A stretch of DNA of 64,000 bases from an uncultured Chloroflexia bacterium (GTDB lineage: Bacteria; Chloroflexota; UBA6077; JACCZL01): the NCBI GenBank assembly GCA_963765765.1, contig CAVXYC010000007.1:110069-174068 (forward strand), in the 5' to 3' direction. The position numbers and the translations under genes were made by a program. Under the pieces are notes generated by a model that was given only the letters and a program-made list of their open reading frames with translations, was not told the origin of the DNA and made no database searches. Numbering within the stretch: position 1 is the first letter of the stretch; every line of letters begins with the position of its first letter. Below, piece after piece: positions 57,157 through 64,000 of the stretch.

Positions 57157-57552
57157 ATGGACTACGTCGAGACCCGGTCTGCACCGGCGGTGGAGCGTGA
57201 GCTTGCCACGGACGTGCTCGAATTGGCCGGTGACTACCTTGGGATCCCGACCGAGGGCGTGGTCATCAAGTGGCTGGCCAGACCCGTGCTCGAACCCGCC
57301 GCGTACGACCGGCTGACGCGGCACCGGATCGGCCTGGACCACGGTGAGGTGGGTCGTATCCGCCTCGCCGAGCCGGGCACGATCTGGCTCACGGTCGGCA
57401 TGCGATCCCGCGATATTTGCGCGACGGTTGTTCACGAATTGGCGCATGTTGGCCAGCTCCGGGGCGGACGCACCGACCCGAGCACCGACGCGGAAGACGA
57501 GACCGAAGCGCGCGCGCTGGAACGATCATTCATGGACTGGCTGGAGCGATAA
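57157..57552 (+). CDS. HExxH zinc metallopeptidase-like protein (ImmA/IrrE-like)
   Basis: TVVHELAHVGQ...DETEA. TGATG coupling to a small upstream ORF starting at 56962. Confidence 0.6.
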   Translation: MDYVETRSAPAVERELATDVLELAGDYLGIPTEGVVIKWLARPVLEPAAYDRLTRHRIGLDHGEVGRIRLAEPGTIWLTVGMRSRDICATVVHELAHVGQLRGGRTDPSTDAEDETEARALERSFMDWLER

Positions 57553-57613
57553 CCCGCACTTGCCTCGACTCGAGCCTGTCTTTTCGTAGAAGGAGAGGCA
57601 CCTCCGCTGAAGT

Positions 57614-57645
57614 TTCTCCCGTGTTCACCATTGAACACGGGAGAA
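57614..57645. terminator. Hairpin downstream of the HExxH gene
   Basis: Perfect 14-bp stem TTCTCCCGTGTTCA / TGAACACGGGAGAA. Confidence 0.55.
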
Positions 57646-57744
57646 TATGCCTCATCACCGTCCACCTGCGAACACTGCGCCGTGTATGCAGCGCGGGCGG
57701 TGAATGATGGTCAGCCAAGAGCGCCACGCTCGTGACTAGCAACC

Positions 57745-57802
57745 GTGCCACTCTTTAGCCAGACGCTCATTGAGCATCCACGGTTCCTTTCCTTTTCCAG
57801 GA
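57745..57802. repeat. ~57-bp non-coding motif, copy 3
   Basis: GTGCCACTCTTTAGCCAGACG...TTGAGCATCCACGGTTCCTTTCCTTTTCCAGGA. Confidence 0.85.
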
Positions 57803-57855
57803 CTCGCCTAGGAATCACGTTCACGTCCGCTCGAGCCGATGCCCGCGTCTGCTGC

Positions 57856-58101
57856 TCAGCCGCCTGTCGTTAGCGTGCCTACCCGCGAGCGCCGCGATTC
57901 GACGGAGCGGGGCTCCGTGCCGAGTTGACACTTCCCGACGCCCCAGGTTCCCGGCTTCGCCTCCCGCGGCGGATCGCTGTACCAGAAGTCCGGATAGGCG
58001 GGGACCTGCCTGGGATCCACCAGCTTCGCCCAGCAGGGCCGCAGTCCGTGCCCACGCCGCGCTCGATACTGCTCCGGGAAAGCCCCAACGCACGACTCCA
58101 T
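57856..58101 (-). pseudogene. Second, truncated copy of the 55457..55687 gene
   Basis: CWAKLVDPRQVPAYPDFWYSDPPREAKPGTWGVGK. DNA similarity between 57931-58038 and 55472-55579. Confidence 0.6.
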
Positions 58102-58152
58102 CCATAGGGATTCTGGCTGGGCGTATGTTTGTCCTGGTGTGCCGCGGGCTGT

Positions 58153-58584
58153 TCACGACGACCTCTGACGGGAACACTGGCTGGTGGGGGATTCCGCCAT
58201 GTGAAGTGGCGCCATCGCCGCAGCAACCATACGCAGCAAGTCGTCCAGGTCGAATGGCTTAAGCAGCACCGGTCCGGCACCGAATTCGCGCGCGTACCGC
58301 TCAGCGAGCGCGATGCCGGCGGACATGGGCAGAACAGGGATACCGGGCCACGATCCGCGCTCGTGGAGATCCTGCACCAATTCAATCCCAGTGCGAATCG
58401 GCAGGCGGAGGTCGAGCAACACGAGCGCCGGTCGCGTTGCTTCAATCGACGCGAGCGCCTCGATGCCGTTCGCTGCTGTGGCGGTGGCGTAGCCTTCCAT
58501 CTCCAGCACCTGGACCAACACGAATTGGGAGCTGGCGTCATCGTCGACGACAAGGATCACTGGGCGTCCGAGATCATCGGTCAT
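58153..58584 (-). CDS. Single-domain response regulator (CheY-like)
   Basis: LVVDDD, LLDLRLP, MSA and KPFDLDDL. GGAG RBS. Confidence 0.85.
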   Translation of the reverse strand: MTDDLGRPVILVVDDDASSQFVLVQVLEMEGYATATAANGIEALASIEATRPALVLLDLRLPIRTGIELVQDLHERGSWPGIPVLPMSAGIALAERYAREFGAGPVLLKPFDLDDLLRMVAAAMAPLHMAESPTSQCSRQRSS

Positions 58585-58944
58585 CGGTGGCTCTCCAGAA
58601 CGATGCAGGCCACATCGTACGCCGCGCGATACCCGCTGCCCTGCCCCCAGGTCTTAGAACATTACCCCCGCCCCGACGCAGGCCGCTGTAACACGTGGCA
58701 CGGTCTGGTGGTGTGGTTGGCCCGCTGCGTCGCTCTCGGAACAACATATTGATGAGTCCGCTGCCGGGAAGCATCCATCCCCAGCCCAAGCGCTGGAGCA
58801 GGCAGGCGTGTTGCTGTGTCCACGGCGACTTGCACGGCCCCTACTAGCATCGCCACTGGCGGGACGGCGGTCGACAGCGGAAGCAGTATGTCAAGCCCGG
58901 CGACCTCGATCGTGTGCGGGAGGGACTGTCCGAGTGGCGGCGCG

Positions 58945-59186
58945 GAGATGCAGCTCGGGTTCGGCGCCTGGGGCGTCCTCACCGGGGTACCGATACGGAT
59001 CCAGGCCGAAGACGATGACGTCCGGGTAGTCGAGGACGCCGTGCGCGGACGCCTCACAGTCCCGGCCGCCCCCGGCGACCCGTCGGGTGCGTCGTCGACG
59101 CGCGAGTACCAGGTGTACAGCTCCAGGTCGCCGATCTGGGCGAGCCAGGCCAGCGTCGCCAGGTTGTTGCACCGCAGGTACGCGCC
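58945..59186 (-). pseudogene. NHEJ LigD primase-polymerase domain fragment
   Basis: Manual translation YLRCNNLATLAWLAQIGDLELYTWYSRV, then after a frameshift LDYPDVIVFGLDPY. Confidence 0.65.
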
Positions 59187-59191
59187 CTAGC

Positions 59192-59641
59192 CTATGGTGG
59201 GAACGCTAAACTGAAGTGCATGATCGCTCGCCTGTCCCAGTACACCCGGCCGAGATAGAAGCCCGGGCCAATGAGTCGGATCTCATCGCGAATCCACTGC
59301 GCGACGAGCGACGTCTTCGAGTAGTCCAGAACAATGCATTCTTGCTGGTCGAGCCAGCTCGGGGCCTTGTACACCTGCGCAACGATGGCGTTCAGGCCCA
59401 AGGGCAGGATGCGATTGGTGAGCGTACCGCCCTCCGCGTCGAACTCCTTGCCCTGCCAGGCGAAGATGTTGATGATCGCGGCGATCTCAGGGCTGAATGA
59501 AGTGCCGGCCGCAATGATAGCCGTGCCGTCGGCGGCGCCGTTGGGAATGGGTCCCGCCTCACTGTCCCGGAAGAGCTGGTCGAGCTGCTCGAAGGTCATC
59601 TTCAGGAGTTGTGAGTTGTCAAACCGCCCCACGGTGAACAT
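59192..59641 (-). CDS. Conserved hypothetical protein
   Basis: WQGKEF, SWLDQQECIVLDYS and IRDEIRLIGPGFYLG. GAGG RBS before ATG 59641. Confidence 0.7.
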   Translation of the reverse strand: MFTVGRFDNSQLLKMTFEQLDQLFRDSEAGPIPNGAADGTAIIAAGTSFSPEIAAIINIFAWQGKEFDAEGGTLTNRILPLGLNAIVAQVYKAPSWLDQQECIVLDYSKTSLVAQWIRDEIRLIGPGFYLGRVYWDRRAIMHFSLAFPP

Positions 59642-59824
59642 AGTGCCTCTCGCTGCAGAGCTCAAGCGCAATTGGAGAACGCTGGAAGGCGCCGCGGTCG
59701 CTCGGACGGCGCCCACTGGACGGGCTAGGACGGCTGGTCCCTAGGACCCAGGATCGAGCGGGGATGGCGCGAGCCGAACTGGTGGGACGAGGGGCTCGGC
59801 AGTGTTTTCGGGTTCTGCCTGCGA

Positions 59825-60625
59825 TTGGTGGATCCCAGCATCCCCACGGATAAATGCGAGCCGGCGCACTTCTCGGCCGAGTACGAGCTACGCCCGGCAC
59901 CCCTGGCGGACCTGAAACCGAGTTCGATCAAGGTGGCACCGGTCCCGAACAGCGCCGAGGACCGGGTCTGCGTGGAGGTCGTCAACGGCGGGACGGGGGA
60001 CAGCGGCCCCTTCCAGGTGGCGCTGCGCATCAACGGCGCCCCCGCGCCGGTTCCCGTCCCCGGGGCGGGCAATCTCCCGCCGGATGGCCACGGGGAGGTC
60101 TGCGTCCAGGCGTCTGTGGCGGGAAGCTCCGGCCGGGCGCGCCTCTCGGCAACGGTGGACGAGGCGCGCCTGGTGCACGAGTACAACGAGACGAACAACC
60201 GACTTGAGAGGACCTACATCGACCCGCAGGGGCCCCTGGGCGGGGTCATGCCGCCCGCCGACGGCCCAGTGTTGGAGGAGGATCGGCGGGCGGACCTGGT
60301 GGTGAGCCACCTCTACGTCAGGGGCAAGGACCCCGCGCAGCCGCTGACTTGCGACCCGGGCGCCAACACTTTCGTCGCGGTGCTCAGGAACACCGGCCAG
60401 ACCGCCGCCGGGGCGTTCTCGGTGGAGCTCAAAGTGGGCGGCGCGGCGGACCCGCCGGCAGTGGCCGTCGGCGGGATGGCCGCCGGCCAGGAGATCTCCG
60501 TGGAGTTCGCCCCGGTCAGCCTCGGCATGGACGCCCACCCGGTCACGGCCACTGCCGACATCACCAATCAGGTGGGCGAGCTCAACGAAACCAACAACAG
60601 CCGCGAGGGCAAGTGCCCGGTGTGA
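59825..60625 (+). CDS. CARDB-repeat protein, probably 5'-truncated
   Basis: Two CARDB-like repeats (ADL...V.N.G...VDE..EYNETNN and ADLVV...RNTG...GELNETNN). No credible start or signal peptide. Confidence 0.65.
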   Translation: MVDPSIPTDKCEPAHFSAEYELRPAPLADLKPSSIKVAPVPNSAEDRVCVEVVNGGTGDSGPFQVALRINGAPAPVPVPGAGNLPPDGHGEVCVQASVAGSSGRARLSATVDEARLVHEYNETNNRLERTYIDPQGPLGGVMPPADGPVLEEDRRADLVVSHLYVRGKDPAQPLTCDPGANTFVAVLRNTGQTAAGAFSVELKVGGAADPPAVAVGGMAAGQEISVEFAPVSLGMDAHPVTATADITNQVGELNETNNSREGKCPV

Positions 60626-61480
60626 GCCTCTGGTACGGTACGGCCGGGGTGATGACGGTCAGTTCCACTCCGGCCGTACGTGCGCCGGGGCTCCGGGAAA
60701 AGCCCCATAGTCGATGACATGCACGGACGCTTGGGGGTGGACTGTAGTGCTGCGGTGTGCGTCTCTAAGCGGATCACGTTGAGGTGATCGGCACGATGAG
60801 CTCAGACCCCGAAGCACTCGCGCCATTGACCTTCGTGCTCACCGGGGAGGCTGCCATCGCATCCGCCGGCTACGGCAACGTGGTCAGCGCCTCGGACGTG
60901 TTGGACATGGTGGGGTCCAGCCAGGCTTCTTCCAGCGCGGGCATCCTGAATTGCGAGCATCGTATTGTGGATGGGCACTCATAGCTCGTTCGGCATGGTG
61001 GTAATGATCCCCGCGGTGCCGCCGGGCTTCTCCTAGGTGGAGAGTCCGGCTCTCCTCTGGCCGTCACATACTGATGGAACTGCGGGGAGTCGCTGGAGCA
61101 TCACGGAATGACCTGGCCCGCAGCACCGCCACGAACGGATCCTTGCATCTCCGGGCGTCGGACGACGATTCCCGAGCGGCTCGGCGACCACTCCATCGCC
61201 GAGAAGACCGTCCAGCGGCCGAGCCGCTCGCGGCTCTCAAAGGGGTCGACCGGGGGCCGGCGTCCGTCATCGGAAACCTCCCTTAATGTGGAGGGGGCGA
61301 GAAGCGCCGGTCATTCGCGTTGGCATGGTCGCGTCAACAGGATCTGGTCATCAGAGCAAGCGATTTGCCGTCACAATAGCGTCTCATCCATACTACGCAG
61401 CCAAATTCTTCAGCATTTCTTAAGGAACCGGCCATAGCGGGAGCCCGCCGAAGCGCCAGAATAATGCAGGGAGCGGCTCG

Positions 61481-63473
61481 TTGCAGGTCTCGAGCACAGC
61501 GGATGGATCGGTAGCGCCAGCCTCCTCCAACGTCGCGTCACCGTATTCCGACTCTTCCGTGGCGCAATACGCACCAGCCAATCCGGAGCCGCTGGCGCCT
61601 GGCCTGAGTATGGGCTTCATCCGGCTTCCGCGTTTCATGCCGGTGCGGTGGCCCGGGACCGCGATTACATACGAGCGGCTGCACATCCTCGCCGCTTCGT
61701 TGCTCGCCGGCTACCCGTGGGTGTTTGCGCTCGGCGTGGTCCAGACAGAGGCGATTACCTGGCACGGGTGGCTAGCATTGGTCGGCGCTCAGGGGCTGTG
61801 CATGGTTATCCGGTCCCCACGCAGCCGCTTGATCCCCCTCATGTCGCTCGGCCTGCTGCTGGGGCTGTGCTTTATTCAGGCCACGCTTGTGTACCACAGT
61901 ATCGTTCTCTCCGGAATTCAAAGAGACTACTTCTTACTCGGGGTCTGGATCGATCAAGCGGCTCATGACTTCCGGACTATCCCCATCAACACAGAAAACG
62001 TACTGCAGGCATCTCACCTGCAGATATATTTCGACTTTATCTCTCCAGCAGTGAACAGGGTGCTTCAACTCACCCATGATCCATTCAGGCTACTTGCATT
62101 CCACTTCATCGCTATAGCCGGCGGCTCCATAGTGACGTGGATTATCGCTGTAAGGAACGAACGCCTACGTCCATTTCAAATAATTCTGCCAGTCATATTT
62201 ATGATGCACCCATCAGTTCCTCTGACGATAAATTCCGACTACCACACATCTGGTATTGGCGTCGCATTCTTTATCGTCGGCACATACTTGTTCGGAATCC
62301 AACGGCATCGTTCAGCATTCGTCATCCTGCTCATCGGAACGCTGACCAAAATCAGCTTCTGGCCATCCTGGTTAATGTTTGGGGTTCTTCACGCATTTAG
62401 GCGTCGTTGGTTATGGGCGCTGTCGTATGCAATTCCCGGCTGTGCTGCCATTGTTCTTTATTGCGTCATCCAGCCGCCCGGCCAAAAGGGCACCGTGGAT
62501 TTCTTCTTTCCTCACCTCGGGGCTAGTCCTGCGGAGGTCGCTACGAATGCGATTTTTAAACCGCATCTGTGGATAGGGCACGCTCTGGACCCGCTGCGAC
62601 TCTCGTTCTTCGTGTTGCTTCTGCTGCCTCTCGGGTTCGCCGTCTTCCGCCGACTGGACCTGCTGGCTCCGACGCTGCCGTTGGCCGGATTCAGTCTGGC
62701 AGATTTCACCTGGCAGCGAACCATCGTCAGCAACACTTACGGCAGTGAGTATCTCGGGTTCTGCTTTGCCGCGGTGCTCGTGGGCTTGCTCGTCTCCAGT
62801 CGGCGTGTGCAAGCCTTCATGCTGGCCGCGATGACATTTGGGATGATGATCTGGCTCGCCAATCCATACCAGTGGGTTGGCTGGGATCACCTGGTGCCGG
62901 ACAGTTACCGAGCGTGGGCAGCCGCCAACCCTAATGGGGACGACATGCGAGCTCGGGAACGTGCATATGCGGACGAGTATGTACGCTTGTACTGGTCGCC
63001 GGTGCGGCACAAGTTGTCCAGATCTCTGGCTCAGACGAACGAGTACTCTCCGGGCGACGGCGATGACCGAATGCGCGGTCGGGGACGCACCCGTCATTGT
63101 CACGAACTACAACTGGGCGACGTATATCCGTGGATATTGGAGTCAGGTCTGGGTAGACAGCAAGGGACGACAGGAGTATGAGCCACCGATCGATTCCGCG
63201 ACTTGGGAGCGGGTGGAAACGTTAGTGTACCCCGGAACGGCGGAGACCGCTGGGACGTTTGTCAACTTCCCGAAGACCACTGGCCCGTATGATGTTCTCC
63301 GCTACGCCGCGCTCATGGATCGCCTGCCGATCACGGTAGAGATTGACGAATCGGCGTATCGCTGGCACTACCTCGGTGGTGAGCGTTTGGCCGACTGCGC
63401 AGCTAAATTCGGGTATGCCACGCGTCCAACAACCGTCGGACTAGGACAGCTAATTTCTAAACCAGAGCCGTGA
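61481..63473 (+). CDS. DUF2079-like polytopic membrane protein (GT-C-like), frameshift near 63020
   Basis: More than 10 TM helices, HLQ and DYH motifs, and a periplasmic tail in ORF 62877..63473. Visibly more AT-rich than the flanking genes. Confidence 0.6.
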
Positions 63474-63574
63474 TGGGAGCCCGGATAAGGGCGTGGCGCC
63501 GATTACTGGTGCCCGCGCAAACGATGCTGGTATCGGCGAGTAGCCCATCGCCGGACGCGAAGTCGATCTGATCG

Positions 63575-63903
63575 ATTATCTTCCACTCGTAGAAGCCATC
63601 CGCCGGAATGATGCAGCGGTTCGTGCCCACGCTCGAGCGGAACATGCCACTGGTGGCGAGCGTCTCGGCGCGCGCATTGATCGGCGGTGGGCGCTTGCCC
63701 GGTTTTTCGCCCATGAAGTGCGGCACAAAGCCCCACTTGGCCATCAGCAGCTCGCGCGTGCCGTCCGACTGCTGCGCCACGATGGGGATGTCCTGCGACG
63801 GTGCCACGTTGAAGCGCGGCCTCACGTCCGTCTCGGCAGACTCTTCGAGGCCGAACCGCCGCTTCAAGGGGCTGGGATCAGCCAGCGTGTAGCGTCCACA
63901 CAC
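63575..63903 (-). pseudogene. SOS response-associated peptidase (SRAP/YedK), C-terminally truncated
   Basis: MCGRY start, PRFNVAPSQ, WG, INARAET and RCIIPADGFYEWK, followed by unrelated sequence. Confidence 0.8.
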
Positions 63904-64000
63904 ACAGCACAATTTTACCGACTACCTACGTGCCGAGCTGATGCTTCCCCACGTCCCAGGTACTCGGCTCCGACAACTGTCGGCTACGCGACAGCCTAGA

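Noticed and set aside
57735-57755. sigma54 promoter (TGGCAC..TTGC on the minus strand)
   Set aside because: The spacer is 2 nt instead of the required 5, and the pattern is not conserved in the other motif copies.
55457-58101. DGR template/variable repeat pair
   Set aside because: Differences between the copies are not confined to adenines, and no reverse transcriptase is present in the window.

Overview
High-GC bacterial chromosome window, most likely Chloroflexota. This is inferred from the style of the GyrB/LepA sequences, the Pro/Ala-rich lipoprotein solute-binding proteins, an LPxTG-anchored protein and a GAAC-N4-GTTC LexA box. About 20 single-base frameshifts split otherwise intact genes, which suggests long-read assembly indels. 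Positions 1-54,100 hold an ISKra4-type transposase, housekeeping and metabolic genes (katE, gyrB, lepA, lysA, a Dus enzyme, a family-B DNA polymerase, GH31, a Rieske oxygenase, acyl-CoA dehydrogenase), transport clusters, an OmpR/HK pair and several true gene remnants (rpsD, polyol dehydrogenase, Uma2). Positions ~54,100-64,000 are a decayed accessory region with fragments of an S8 protease, LigD-Pol, a CARDB protein and SRAP, organised around a triplicated ~57-bp non-coding motif and a duplicated unknown gene. The best candidate for a new system is at 45,627-47,463. There a sigma70 promoter with a perfect LexA operator precedes a small helical (possibly terminase-small-subunit-like) protein, a small C-terminally anchored membrane protein, a perfect 43-bp inverted repeat, and an alternative sigma factor with an extra C-terminal winged-helix-like domain. 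Several nested palindromic (REP-doublet-like) elements are also present. No rRNA, tRNA or CRISPR array was found. All family calls come from motif recognition by eye; no searches were run.
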